A stretch of 64,000 bases of DNA from assembly GCA_963797555.1 (NCBI GenBank), contig CAWCPV010000003.1:192001-256000 (forward strand). The letters run 5' to 3'. Both the position numbers and the translations under genes were made by a program. Below the pieces are notes generated by a model, which had not been told where the DNA came from, made no database searches, and saw nothing but the letters and a program-made list of their open reading frames with translations. The DNA is from an uncultured Gammaproteobacteria bacterium. GTDB lineage: Bacteria; Pseudomonadota; Gammaproteobacteria; CAWCPV01. This document shows positions 1 through 11,133 of this stretch, piece by piece; the stretch's first letter is position 1; each line of letters starts with the position of its first letter.

Positions 1-370
1 GTACCGTTGGGGCGGCGGGTATTGACTGCGAGACTCCATGAGCAAAATGCGTATACAGAACCGGAGGTGGACGCGACGCCTTCCAGCCGCTGATCGGGCC
101 AAAGGACAAGCGCGTGCTGCTCCTCGCGAACGCCAAAAAGAATGTGCAGAAGGAACCGATCAAGCTCGCCCTCTCCGCCCAACCCCGGCGCGATCAGCGA
201 CCTGGGTGCCAGAGGTTCGAAGAAGTCCGACTCCGCACTGGTCCGGCCGGTTGCCGCGTCGCATCAGGTCACCTGATCTTCATAGTTAGCGGTGTATACT
301 TCCCGGCCGGCGAGGGCATCATCGTGCGTCAAGTCGTGCGAAGCCTTCGCCGGAGGTCGCTCATGACACG

Positions 371-587
371 ATGGAGCGCACGATACCGATGACCCTGCAG
401 TGGGACGGGAACCTCGATTTCGGTGCCGACACCGGGACCCCCGTGGACGACAAGGACGACTATCAAGTGCCCTTCCGCATCACCGGCAAACTCGATGAAG
501 CTGGCTCTGACTGTCGACCGGCCCAAGCTGGTCCCAGAGGACGAGCGGCGGCTGATGGAGGCGGAGCGAAACGTCAGGACCACGTAG
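371..587 (+). pseudogene. C-terminal fragment of an arylsulfatase
   Basis: MERTIPMTLQWDGNLDFGADTGTPVDDKDDYQVPFRITGKL resembles the C-terminal tails of the two downstream sulfatases (e.g. [12 protein letters not shown]...[12 protein letters not shown]); frameshift near 497; no N-terminal part visible. Confidence 0.65.
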
Positions 588-710
588 TGACTTTTGAGAC
601 TGACCGATACCCGCGTGGTGGCCGCCACAGGCTATAAAGAACCTCGAGATGGCCCTCAGCAACAACAAGCCCTGCGAGTCGCAGGCCAAGTGAACCGGAA
701 GGAGAACCCG

Positions 711-3230
711 ATGAGAGCAGCACCAAAGCCAGTCATAACCTCGGCGCTCTGGGGGGCCGCGCTCGTATGCGCGGCCGCCTCGTGCCCCGCGACGGAGATA
801 CAAACCACCGGGGTCCTGGGTTCGCCCAGCGCCACCACCACCATCAGCGGGAAACAACTTCCGCCGCCCGATCCGAAATTCGGCGGGGTGATCAAGGAGA
901 AGGCCTCCGAGTCGAAGCCGTGGTGGCCGCCGCGCGTCGTGCCGCCAAAGGGCGCGCCCAACGTGCTGCTCATCATGACCGACGATTGCGGGTTCGGCGC
1001 GCCGAGCACGTTCGGCGGCGTCGTCCCGACGCCGGCCCTGGATCGCATCGCGAAAGACGGGCTGCGCTACACGCAGTTTCACTCCACGTCGCTCTGCTCA
1101 CCGACGCGGGCCGCGCTGATCACCGGACGCAATCATCACGTCGGCCGGCTTTGGGGTCGTGGGCGAAGCGGCGACGGGGTTCCCGGGTTACGACTCCATC
1201 ATCCGGAAGGATGCCGGCACGATCGGCACCATCCTCAAGGAGAACGGGTACGCGACCTCGTGGTTCGGCAAGGACCACAACACGCCCTTCTACCAGGCGA
1301 GCCAGGCCGGACCGTTCGATCAATGGCCCACCGGGATGGGCTTCGATTATTTCTACGGCTTCGTCGGCGGCGACACCAGCCAGTGGGCAGCCGAACCTGT
1401 TCCGCAATACGACCGCCATCTATCCCTTCCAGGGAAATCCCGGCTGGAATCTGACCACGGCCATGGCCGACGACGCGATCCAGTACATGAAGCAGCTCAA
1501 GGAGGTCGCGCCCGACAAGCCGTTCTTCGTCTATTACGTGCCGGGCGGCACCCACGCGCCGCATCATCCGACGCCGGAGTGGATCAAGAAGATCAGCGAC
1601 CATGCACCTGTTCGACGAGCGGCTGGAACAAGACTGCGCGAGACCATCTTCGCCAACCAGAAGCGGCTCGGCATCATGCCCGCCGATGCCAAGCTGACGC
1701 CGTGGCCGAAGGAACTGCCGGAGTGGGATTCGCTCAGCTGGGACGAGAAGAAGCTCTTCATCAAGCAGGCCGACGTCTTCGGGGCCTACCTCGCGTACAC
1801 CGACCACGAGATCGGCCGGGTCATCCAGGCCGTCGAAGACATGGGCGAGCTCGACAACACCTTGATCATCTACATCAGCGGCGACAACGGCGCGAGCGCG
1901 GAGGGCATGCTCAACGGGACGCCGAACGAGTTCACCACCTTCAACGGCGTTACCGTGCCGGTCAAGGATCAGTTTCTCTGGTACGAGTTCTGGGGATCGG
2001 AACGGACCTTTCCGCACTATGCGGCCGGTTGGGCCTGGGCGATGGACACGCCGTTCAAGTGGATGAAGCAGGTGGCGTCGCACTTCGGCGGGACGGCCCA
2101 GGGCATGTGCATGTCGTGGCCCGGCCACATCAAGGACGTGGGCGGCATCCGCCGCCAGTTCCACCACGTCATCGACATCGTGCCGACCATCCTCGAAGCG
2201 ACCGGCATCTCGGCGCCCGATACGATCAATGGCATCAAGCAGCGCCCGATCGAAGGCGTGAGCATGGTGTACACGTGGGACAAGGCGAACGCCGACGCGC
2301 CCACCCGGCACACCACGCAATACTTCGAGATGCTCGGCAACCGCGCCATCTATCACGACGGCTGGGTGGCGGCGACGACCCCGGTGACCCTCCCGTGGGA
2401 GCTGAACACCGCCCCGCCGCCGGACGTGATCACCGGGTACAAGTGGGAGCTCTACAACATCAACGAGGATGTCACCGAGTCCAACGACCTCGCCGCCAAG
2501 ATGCCGGACAAGCTCAAGGAGATGCAGGACGTCTTCTACGCCGAGGCGAAGAAGTACGACGTGCTGCCGCTCGACAACTCGACGCTCGCGCGCTTCCTCA
2601 CGCCGCGTCCGAGCGCCACGGCGGGACGGAACAGTCTTCACGTATTCGGGCGAGTTGACCGGCGTGCCGGCCAGCGCCGCCCCGAACATCCTGGCAGAAG
2701 GTCTTACACCATCAGGCGGAGGTCGAGATTCCCGAGGGCGGCGCGGAAGGCATGATCGTCACCGAGGGCGGGCGCTTCGGCGGCTACGGCCTGTTCCTGA
2801 GCAAAGGCGAGTTCGGAGTCGGCCGGGGCAAGGTGGTGTTTCTCTACAACCTGCTCGATCTCAAGCGCACGATCTGGGAAGGGCCGGAGCTGAGCGCCGG
2901 CAAGCACACCATCGTGTTCGACTTCAAGTTCGACGGCCCCGGTTTCGGCAAGGGCGGCACGGGCGTGCTCTCCGTGGACGGCAAGGAAGTGGCCAAGAAG
3001 TCCATGGACCACACCACCCCCATCATGTTCCCCGAAGACGAAGACTTCGACGTCGGGCATGGACACCCGCACCCCCGTTGCGCTCATCGAGTATCGCTAC
3101 GATTGCCCGTTCAAGTTCACGGGCAAGATCGACAAGCTGACCTTCAACCTCGGTCCGGTCGCAGTACACGGAAGCGGAGCGCAAGCAGCTTCCGGCCATT
3201 GCCGACCGGGTCGCCCGCGCGAAGGACTAG
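711..3230 (+). CDS. Secreted Cys-type arylsulfatase with several frameshifts (~1143, ~1388, ~1600-1630, ~2640-2720, ~3058, ~3160; sequencing indels or pseudogene)
   Basis: Signal-peptide-like N-terminus, [27 protein letters not shown] (CxPxR), [25 protein letters not shown] and [16 protein letters not shown] motifs spread across consecutive frames. Confidence 0.9.
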
Positions 3231-3235
3231 CTCGC

Positions 3236-3607
3236 GTGACGGCCACCACGAAGAAACTCCTCGCCCTGGCCGCCGTAGCGGAGGCGGCCACGGGCCTGGC
3301 CTTGCTGGTCTATCCGCCAATTGTCGCCCACCTGTTGCTGGGCGTCGCCAACCTCGTCGGTATCGGCGTGGTGATCGCCCGCGTGACCGGCATCGCCTTG
3401 ATCGGGTTGGGCGTGAGCTGCTGGCCCGGCAGCACCGCGCTCGCTGGGATGTTGACCTACGGCGTGCTGTTGACCCTGTACCTGGTGCGCCTCGGTCTTG
3501 GCGGCATATTCGTGGGGGTTCTGCTGTGGCCGGCCGTGGCGTTGCACGTCGTCCTGACCGCGTCGCTGGCGTGGGCCTGGTTCCGCGACCGCCCAAGTGC
3601 CAGTTGA
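3236..3607 (+). CDS. Small four-helix membrane protein, hypothetical
   Basis: GTG start 5 nt after the sulfatase stop; four hydrophobic segments (KKLLALAAVAEAATGLALLVYP...LWPAVALHVVLTASLAWAW). Confidence 0.7.
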   Translation: MTATTKKLLALAAVAEAATGLALLVYPPIVAHLLLGVANLVGIGVVIARVTGIALIGLGVSCWPGSTALAGMLTYGVLLTLYLVRLGLGGIFVGVLLWPAVALHVVLTASLAWAWFRDRPSAS

Positions 3608-3673
3608 TTCTCACCATACCGGAGATCTTGCATGAGAAGGCTATCGGTGTTCCGTGGTGTCGTCGCGATCCTG

Positions 3674-3919
3674 GCGCCTCATCTTAAGCCGACTGTGGAC
3701 ACCTTGTGGCCCGCCAACTCCTGGAAGATCTGTCCAGGTGGCGGCGCAGCGCCCCGAAGATCTGCTTCTTCCTGCGCTTCGGGATGAATACCACATGGTA
3801 CTTGCAGTCCCACTTCGTGTGGCTCGGACTCTGGTGCTCTTTCATGGTGAATCCCCTTCTCTTGGCGGAGATTGGAGATTCACGACGACCGTCGTATAGG
3901 TCAAACCTCGGTGAGTCCC
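3674..3919 (-). mobile_element. tnpA: Truncated, internally deleted IS200/IS605-family tnpA element (copy A)
   Basis: MKEHQSPSHTKWDCKYHVVFIPKRRKKQIFGALRRHL is the Y1 transposase N-terminus; near-identical to 40600-40845; terminal hairpins missing. Confidence 0.85.
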
Positions 3920-4872
3920 GTGCGAAGAACACCGTCTACATCGGCAAGGAAGGCATGACGATTTTCGGCGGCTTCCGCATGTATGTCTCGGACAAAGGCT
4001 ACGACGGTGCGGGTTGGGGGCCTGCGGATGGACCGTCTTCCGACGGCCCTGGCGTCACCTACGAAGCCAGGCTTGCCGACGGCACTCAGCTTTCGCAAGA
4101 GGAAGTCGCCAAGCGCTTCGGCAAGCTGATGGCGGATGCGCCGCCACCGGTCAGCGCCGACCAGTGGTACAAGCTGGTCGACAACCCGGCCAACAAACCC
4201 TGTATGACACCGGCCACCGCGCCGGCCTGCCCGAATTCGCAGTTCTTCCTGTTCACAGGCATGAAGGACGCTATCGAGGGCGCCTTCATGAAGCCCGAGG
4301 AGCGGGCGAACCTGCCTAAGCCGAAAAGTGTGGGCGGCGGCGCCAATGCCTCGACCGCGTACCTGGTGAACTATACGTCGCGCAAGTTCGGCCCCCTCTA
4401 CGTGTTCCGGGCGAAGTTGCCGACCTTCCCGAACACCTGGGCCAACGCCAAGATCATGCCCGACGGGGAGGTGCAATACTGGTCGGTCGCGACCATGGCG
4501 TCGTTCACCAACGGCAGTCTGTGGGACGGCGTCTTTGACATGCAGGTGCCGGTGGACAAGGACGGCTACTACACCATCGTCGTCAGCCTGCCCGAAGACC
4601 GGCCGAAGAACGCGACCGCCGAGAACGGCGTGGCCTGGATCGACTGGGGTCCTAGCGAAGGCTTGGGGGACCCGCGAAACCGCAAGGATTGGGGCGCGCT
4701 CCTGATGCGCTTCATGGTCCCGCAAAAGGACTGGCAGTACAGCCCGCTGAAGGCGCGCAATCCGGGTAAGCTGGCCTCTGTCATGGGGCCTTATTACCCA
4801 CGCGGCTATTACACCACCAAGGCGCAGTTCGAGGCCGAAGGCATAAAGAACCCAGTGCCGGGCACCAAGTAA
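3920..4872 (+). pseudogene. Conserved hypothetical protein, 5'-truncated by the IS200 derivative
   Basis: Long open frame with protein-like composition (YLVNYTSRKFGPLYVFRAKLPTFP...QYWSV...VPVDKDGYYTIVVSLPEDRPKNAT); begins abruptly at the IS boundary. Confidence 0.7.
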
Positions 4873-4911
4873 TCGAACGACATTGTGGGTAACCGTTCAC
4901 CCCTCCCCCCT

Positions 4912-5490
4912 TGTTGTATAGACCGGAGACATAATGGACACTCGTTCGGAGACATCGTGGACACTTATTGGCATGCCTTTGATTGAAGAAGAGCATGTCG
5001 TGGAGAGAAGCCAGTCTCATGTCGTTACGTCTCGAATTTGTGCAATTAGCCCGTCAAGAAGGTGCCCACGTGCGTGAACTGTGTCGCCGGTTTCGAATCA
5101 GCCCAACGACCGGCTACAAGTGGTTGCAACGCTTCCAGTCCGGCGGGGCCGATGGCTTGGCGGATCGGTCGCAACGTCCCCGAGGTTCGCCCCGACGAAC
5201 CGCGCCTACGGTGGAGCGGGCGATCCTACAAGTGCGGGACGCGCACCCGGCCTGGGGCGCCCGCAAGCTCAAGGGGAGGCTGTCGAACCAAGGCTACGAG
5301 GCTTTGCCGGACGCCAGCACGGTGCACGCCGTGTGGCGCCGGCACGACCGCCTTAACCCCTTGGAGCAAGCCGGCGTCTACGCCGTGGCAACGGTTCGAG
5401 CACGCCCACCCGAATGCCCTTTGGCAGATGGACTTCAAGGGGCATTTCGCGTTGCTCTCGGGACGCTGCCACCCGTTGACCGTACTGGAT
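4912..5490 (+). mobile_element. IS481-family element, left end plus truncated, frameshifted transposase
   Basis: TGT terminus with internal repeats GGAGACAT(AA/CG)TGGACAC; MSWREASLMSLRLEFVQLA...ELCRRFRISPTTGYKWLQRF...HPAWGARKL...RFEHAHPNALWQMDFKG; stops after LTVLD. Confidence 0.85.
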
Positions 5491-5563
5491 GTGGGCGTAC
5501 ATCGATACTCGATGAACTGAAACGTCACGTCCTGATTCACTGATACCCGACAGGAGCCACCCC

Positions 5564-7996
5564 GTGATCCCGAAACCGTTCAACCGCTTGCTCACCCTCG
5601 CGCTGGGCGCGAGCTTTGCGTTCCCGGCGTGGGCGCAGGAGGTCCTGCCGTTCCCGCCCAAGGCATCCGGCAGCATCGCCGGGCGGACCATGCAGGAGTC
5701 GACGTACAGTCCGCTCCCACCCGTGAGGCGTCTGCCCAAGGACGCGCCGAACATCCTCATCGTGCTTATCGACGACGTCGGCCCCGCCCAGACGGATACC
5801 TACGGCGGCGAGATCCACACACCGACGCTGAGCAAGATCGCCAAGGAGGGCATCTCCTACAATCGGTTTCACACCACCGCGATGTGCTCGCCCACGCGCG
5901 CGGCATTGCTGACCGGGCGAAACCAACATCGCGTCGCCAGCGGCCAGATCGCCGAGCTGGCGAACGACTGGGATGGGTACATGGGCACCATCCCGAAGAG
6001 CAGCGCCACAGTCGCCGAAGTGCTCAAGGATTATGGCTACAGCACCGCGGCGTGGGGGAAGTGGCACAACACGCCGGCCGAGCAAACCACCGCCGCCGGC
6101 CCGTTCGATGACTGGCCCACCGGCTACGGCTTTCAGTATTTCTACGGATTCCTCGCTGGCGAAGCGTCGCAGTGGGAACCGCAACTCGTGCGAAACACCG
6201 CCTACGTCGAACATCCCCACACCTCTGGCGGGCACGATTATTACCATCTGAGCGAAGACCTGGCCGATGACGCGATTCATTGGTTGCGACAACACCGGGC
6301 ATTCGACCCGAACAAGCCGTTCTTCATGTACTGGGCGAGCGGTGCCTCCCACGGCCCGCATCAAGTCCCGAAAGCATGGGCCGACAAGTACAAGGGCAAG
6401 TTCGACGACGGCTGGGACAAGTACCGCGAGCGTGCCTTCCTGCGCGCCAAGCAACTCGGCTGGATTCCGCAGGATGCCAAGCTGACACCGCGGCCCGCCA
6501 CGTTGCCTTCCTGGGACTCGATCCCCGATGACGAGAAACCCTTCCAGCGCCGGTTGATGGAAGTGTTCGCGGGATTCACCGAGCACGTGGACGTGCAGGT
6601 CGGCCGCATCGTCGACGAGATCGACCGGCTGGGCTACGGCGACAACACCCTGATCTTTTACATCTGGGGTGACAACGGCGCGTCTGCAGAAGGCCAGAAC
6701 GGCACGATCAGCGAACTGCTCGCGCAGAACGGCATACCGACCACCATCGCACAACAGATCCAGGCGCTCGACGCGCTCGGCGGTCTCGACGTGCTCGGAT
6801 CGCCCAAGACCGACAACATGTATCACGCGGGCTGGGCCTGGGCCGGCGGCGCGCCTTACCAATACACCAAGCTGATCGCCTCGCATTTCGGCGGGACGCG
6901 CAATCCGATGGCGGTGCGCTGGCCCGCGAAGATCAAGCCGGACGCTACGCCCCGCGCTCAGTTCCTGCACGTGAACGACATGGCGCCGACCATCTATGAC
7001 ATCGTAGGCATCACGCCGCCGCGCGTGGTCAACGGCATTCCGCAAGATCCGTTCGACGGCGTCAGCTTCGCTAGCACCTTCAACGATGCGAAAGCCAGGG
7101 AAGTCAAACGTACGCAGTATTTCGAAGTGATGGGCAGCCGCGGCATTTACCACGACGGCTGGATAGCTTCGGCGTTCGGCCCGCGCGTTCCGTGGCTTCC
7201 CGGCTTGCCGCCGGGAATCAAGGAGTGGACGCCAGACAAGGACAGGTGGGAACTCTACAACCTGAACGAGGACTGGTCGCAGGCCAACGACTTGGCTGAC
7301 ACGATGCCGGCGAAGCTGGCCGACTTGAAGGATCTGTTTCTGATCGAGTTCACCAAGAACAAAGGCTTGCCAATCGGCGGCGGCCTGTGGGTTATGGCCC
7401 TCCACCCGGAACTGCGGGTCGCGCCGCCGTACACATCGTGGACCTTCCCGGGCGCCATCACGCGCATGCCCGAATTCACGGCTCCGGCTCTAGGCAACAA
7501 GGCCAACGTTGTCACGGTGATGGCCGACGTCCCGGCCGATGCCAACGGCGTGCTCTACGCGCTGGGCGGTTTCTCCGGCGGCCTCGCCCTGTACGTGAAA
7601 GACGGCATGCTGTCGTACGAATACAACCTGTTCGAGATCCAGCGCACCCACATCAAGGCGAAGGACAAGCTCCCGACCGGCAAGCTGAAGATCGAGGTCG
7701 AGACATCCTATGTGGAGCCCAAGCCCGCAGGACCGCTCAAGGTGGTTCTGAAAGTCGACGGCGAGGAAGTCGCCTCGGGCGTGGTGCCGGTCAGCGCCCC
7801 GCTTGCGTTCACCGCCAACGACTGCCTGGACTTCGGCATCGACCTCGGCTCGCCGGTGGGGATCGAGTACTACGACCAGGCGCCGTTCAAGTTCAACGGC
7901 ACGATCGAAGGCGCGCGCGTGGAATACCTCGGCACCGCCGCTCAGTTGCAGGAAGAGAAACTGCAAACGGACGGACCGATTCCGGTGACGGACTGA
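5564..7996 (+). CDS. Secreted Cys-type arylsulfatase, intact (810 aa)
   Basis: RBS AGGAG then GTG; signal peptide ending AWA-Q; [46 protein letters not shown]. Confidence 0.95.
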   Translation: MIPKPFNRLLTLALGASFAFPAWAQEVLPFPPKASGSIAGRTMQESTYSPLPPVRRLPKDAPNILIVLIDDVGPAQTDTYGGEIHTPTLSKIAKEGISYNRFHTTAMCSPTRAALLTGRNQHRVASGQIAELANDWDGYMGTIPKSSATVAEVLKDYGYSTAAWGKWHNTPAEQTTAAGPFDDWPTGYGFQYFYGFLAGEASQWEPQLVRNTAYVEHPHTSGGHDYYHLSEDLADDAIHWLRQHRAFDPNKPFFMYWASGASHGPHQVPKAWADKYKGKFDDGWDKYRERAFLRAKQLGWIPQDAKLTPRPATLPSWDSIPDDEKPFQRRLMEVFAGFTEHVDVQVGRIVDEIDRLGYGDNTLIFYIWGDNGASAEGQNGTISELLAQNGIPTTIAQQIQALDALGGLDVLGSPKTDNMYHAGWAWAGGAPYQYTKLIASHFGGTRNPMAVRWPAKIKPDATPRAQFLHVNDMAPTIYDIVGITPPRVVNGIPQDPFDGVSFASTFNDAKAREVKRTQYFEVMGSRGIYHDGWIASAFGPRVPWLPGLPPGIKEWTPDKDRWELYNLNEDWSQANDLADTMPAKLADLKDLFLIEFTKNKGLPIGGGLWVMALHPELRVAPPYTSWTFPGAITRMPEFTAPALGNKANVVTVMADVPADANGVLYALGGFSGGLALYVKDGMLSYEYNLFEIQRTHIKAKDKLPTGKLKIEVETSYVEPKPAGPLKVVLKVDGEEVASGVVPVSAPLAFTANDCLDFGIDLGSPVGIEYYDQAPFKFNGTIEGARVEYLGTAAQLQEEKLQTDGPIPVTD

Positions 7997-8169
7997 ACCG
8001 GTGCGGTCGTACGTCGAGCGGGCGATACGGGCGAGGGACACCAAAGGGAAAGACGCAAAGCGGCAATAAGAGCGAGCATCGAACATTGCGGACGACGCGC
8101 CCGGCGTTGGGCTTGGGCCCTGATCGGCGTGGCACTCCTCCGCCCCGCCCGCCGAGGTACCAGTCGCCG

Positions 8170-8513
8170 CGGGCATACAAGGACACGACAGTTCACGGCA
8201 AGTCCAAGCAGGGATACGTGAAGAGTCAGACCGTCTTCATTCTCGACGACCCGAGCGTCAAGCCGTGGGTCATGCAGGCGTCCTCGCGCACTCGCGCATC
8301 ATGGACAAGAACCTGACCTACGACGACCTCAAGACGCTGGACAGGAAGCTCAAGCTCCCGCCGGGCTGGAAGTACCGCGTCAAGGTGCTCGACCAGGATG
8401 TCGGGATCGGCGCGATCAACGGCATTGCGCACGTCACGCAGGACGATCTGGAGAACACCTACAACGCGTGCTTCGAGGCCGACGGCCAGAAGAACTGCAC
8501 TTACCAGCCGTAG
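8170..8513 (+). pseudogene. Degraded hypothetical (probably secreted) protein
   Basis: Frames join as TVFILDDPSVKPWVMQASSR/IMDKNLTYDDLKTLDRKLKLPPGWKYRVKVLDQD...VTQDDLENTYNAC; the frameshift is caused by an 8-bp tandem duplication CTCGCGCA at 8283-8298. Confidence 0.65.
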
Positions 8514-8521
8514 CCGGGAGG

Positions 8522-8546
8522 TCGCCGCGCCGAGAGGCGCGGCGAT
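8522..8546 (+). terminator. GC-rich hairpin after the 8513 stop, possible terminator
   Basis: TCGCCGCGCC-GAGA-GGCGCGGCGA; weak U-tract. Confidence 0.4.
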
Positions 8547-8934
8547 TGACTGAGTAAAGGTGGTGCGCTCACGAGCCGAGTGGCGGCAATCCTGCCGGGG
8601 ATTGCCGCCCGCCACAGCCGCCAGACGTCGGCGCAGTAAACGATCGGGAGACGGGCTATGAACTCTCAGTGATCGGAACGAGCATAGAAACCCCTTGCAC
8701 CCGGTGCGTTTTCGGCCGGGTATCTGGTGAAGACGGCGAAGGCAGCGCTCCGTTAGCGACTGGACCCTGAGCTGACATATAATTCGCTCGCGATACGCGA
8801 CAGCGAGTCGAAGCTGGTGCCGGTAAGCCCGGAGGGAACGGAGACGCTCACAGCCGCAAGACCGCTCGGCCAAAGTCCAAAGGCCGGCTCGGATGTTTCC
8901 AGCGACAAATCGAACCACGGCGGGGACCATTGAA

Positions 8935-10314
8935 ATGATAAGACCCACAGAACGAAACGTTGGCTCTAGGCTCACCGAGGCCATCAGGAGAGCAAAACGC
9001 GTCCCAATCCCCGGGCGGCGGCGCCCGCTCACCCTCGTCGCGATATGCGCCGGCGCTCTCGCTGCCGGACAGGCCAGCGCCGGCGGCGTGATCGCCTACG
9101 AGGTCGGCACCGCCAACGTCGGATTGGCCTCCGCGGGCTACAACGCGCGCGCCCAGGACGCCTCGACCGTGTTCACCAACCCCGCAGGCATGACACGCCT
9201 TCCGGGCACGCAGATCCTGGGCTCGGGGCAGGTACTCTGGGCCAACACCCAGTTCTCCATCGACTCGGGAACCTCACCTCGCCTGGGCAGCAACGACGGC
9301 GGCCACGTGACCGGGTCGAACGGATGGTTCCTGGGCGGCGGCGGCTTCTTGAGCTACAGCATGTCGCCCGACCTCAAGCTCGGGTTCGCGCTCACCGGCA
9401 ACTTCGGCGCCCCCCTGGAGTACGACTACAACTGGGTGGGGCGCTACTACGTCCAGGAAACGACACTGCTCGGGATCTCGTTGCTGCCCTCCATCGCCTA
9501 CAAGGTCAACGACAAGCTCTCCCTGGGGGCGAGCCTGAACGCCATGTACGGCAAGTACACCAACCAGGTGGCGATAAACAACGTCGACCCGAGGTTCGGC
9601 GACGGTCGGCTGAAACTCGACGACAACACCTGGGGCTGGGGCGGCAACCTGGGTCTGCTCTACGAGATCGACGACCGCACTCGGCTCGGCCTCACCTGGA
9701 ACTCGCAGGTCAACCTCGACTTCAATGCGCCGGCCCAGTTCTCGAACCTCGCGCCGGGTCTCAGCGCGCTCCTGAACAGCCGCGGGCTGCTGAATTCCAA
9801 CCTAAAGGTCGGGATCAAAGTTCCGCAGCAGGTAATGGCCAGCACGTTCGCACAGGTGAACGACCGCTGGGCGGTGCTCGGCAGCGTCGGCTGGCAACAG
9901 TGGTCGAAGTTCGGCCAGGTCGAGATCGGCATCGACAACTCCACCAACCCCACCAGCACCAGCACCAACCTGAACTTCAAGGACACCTGGCACCTCGCGG
10001 CCGGCGCCCAGTACCGCCTGAGCGACCCGTGGCTCCTCAACTTCGGCATCGCCTACGACTCGGCATTCCAGTCGGGTAACGTCTCCCCGCTGCTGCCGGT
10101 GAACTCGGCGTGGCGTTTCGGGGTGGGCGGCGAGAACCACGCCAGCAAGACCTTCGACTGGGGCGCCGTGTTCGAGTATCTGTACGGCGGAACACTCGAC
10201 ACCAACTTGCACAGCACGCTGCCGGTCGCGCTCGGCGGGCGCGGCAACGTCGTCGGCTCGTACAACACCACCGGGACCTTGTTCCTCGGCGTTTACGGCA
10301 ACTGGAAGTTCTAG
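8935..10314 (+). CDS. FadL/TodX/OmpP1-family outer-membrane transport protein
   Basis: Signal peptide ending ASA-GG; GLASAGYNARAQDASTVFTNPAGMTRL hatch motif; amphipathic beta strands; C-terminal YGNWKF. Confidence 0.9.
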   Translation: MIRPTERNVGSRLTEAIRRAKRVPIPGRRRPLTLVAICAGALAAGQASAGGVIAYEVGTANVGLASAGYNARAQDASTVFTNPAGMTRLPGTQILGSGQVLWANTQFSIDSGTSPRLGSNDGGHVTGSNGWFLGGGGFLSYSMSPDLKLGFALTGNFGAPLEYDYNWVGRYYVQETTLLGISLLPSIAYKVNDKLSLGASLNAMYGKYTNQVAINNVDPRFGDGRLKLDDNTWGWGGNLGLLYEIDDRTRLGLTWNSQVNLDFNAPAQFSNLAPGLSALLNSRGLLNSNLKVGIKVPQQVMASTFAQVNDRWAVLGSVGWQQWSKFGQVEIGIDNSTNPTSTSTNLNFKDTWHLAAGAQYRLSDPWLLNFGIAYDSAFQSGNVSPLLPVNSAWRFGVGGENHASKTFDWGAVFEYLYGGTLDTNLHSTLPVALGGRGNVVGSYNTTGTLFLGVYGNWKF

Positions 10315-10414
10315 GGGTGCGTCCGGTCGGTGAGTCTCAGGGCTTGTGAATTTTGTTTCGATAGCGACGTAAGGCGAGGGCTACCGCAGGGCTGAGATCG
10401 CCAGCTTGTGGGGG

Positions 10415-11111
10415 ATCGGGTCGAGGTGACGGGATTGCGCCCGTCACCCCTCCCACACCACCGGACAAGCGGTTTTCCGCATCCGGCGGTTGGACTTGGC
10501 GGCCATCAGGCGGCCGCGAGATCCGATGGAACCAGGAGACTACCCGTTCCATCAAGCTCTCATTCAGCGCTTTCATTCATTCTCCTTCCGCCACGGTTTC
10601 CTTGCCGCCTCCAGTCTCGCGTCCGATAGCTCCACTATCTTTCGCTCCACCGCCCAAGGGATGGCTGCCGCAGTTGCAACGGCCCTCGGTTTCAGACGAC
10701 TTCGCGGTCACCACAGCGTCTGCTCGGACTAGCCTGTCTCTCGGTCCTTCGGCCCTTCGCTCCACCCGCCATTACAGCGGGTCTTCTTCGCTACATATGG
10801 CCTCTGCTGACTTCTCCCGTGCTCTCACGCCGGAGATCTCCCCGGGTAAGGTGCCATGAACTCTCGGCCCGTGCCGCCAGGCTCTACCTGATGCGTCTTT
10901 CGGTGACCGTTGGATTTCGCGTTCCCTAGCACGCTCATCGCCCGCACCCGGCCTCACTGCCTGTTCGTGTTCCTACGGTCGTGCCTTTGCTCCGCGCTTC
11001 TTTCGGCTGAGCCCTCGCGGCTACCCGCCTTGCGCTTCACTACGGTTGTTGTCACTCTCTCCGGTCATCTCCTTTCATATGTCACAAGTTCATGGCCCAT
11101 GCCGGGCACAC
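10415..11111 (-). ncRNA. ORF-less group IIC self-splicing intron (697 nt)
   Basis: 5' end GTGTGCCCGGCATGGGC; domain V AACCGCCGGATGCGGAAAACCGCTTGTCCGGTGGT (CGC triad) at 10491-10457; domain VI hairpin ending ACCCGAT; only a few codons (LMERVV) of a reverse-transcriptase ORF remain. Confidence 0.9.
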
Positions 11112-11133
11112 TAGGAGCGGCTTTAGCCGCGAA
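11112..11133 (+). repeat. GTAG-type REP hairpin, the intron insertion target
   Basis: Joining the exons (G10414 + 11112) restores GTAGGAGCGGCTTTAGCCGCGAA. Confidence 0.8.

Noticed and set aside
3706-3919. N-terminal part of the 388-aa ORF 3706-4872 (likewise 40532-40702 of ORF 39815-40702)
   Set aside because: This is antisense IS200 sequence fortuitously in frame, not part of the real protein
8040-8070. GACGCAAAGC resembling a cyclic-di-GMP-I riboswitch
   Set aside because: The required upstream GCAAAC-stem-GNRA hairpin is absent
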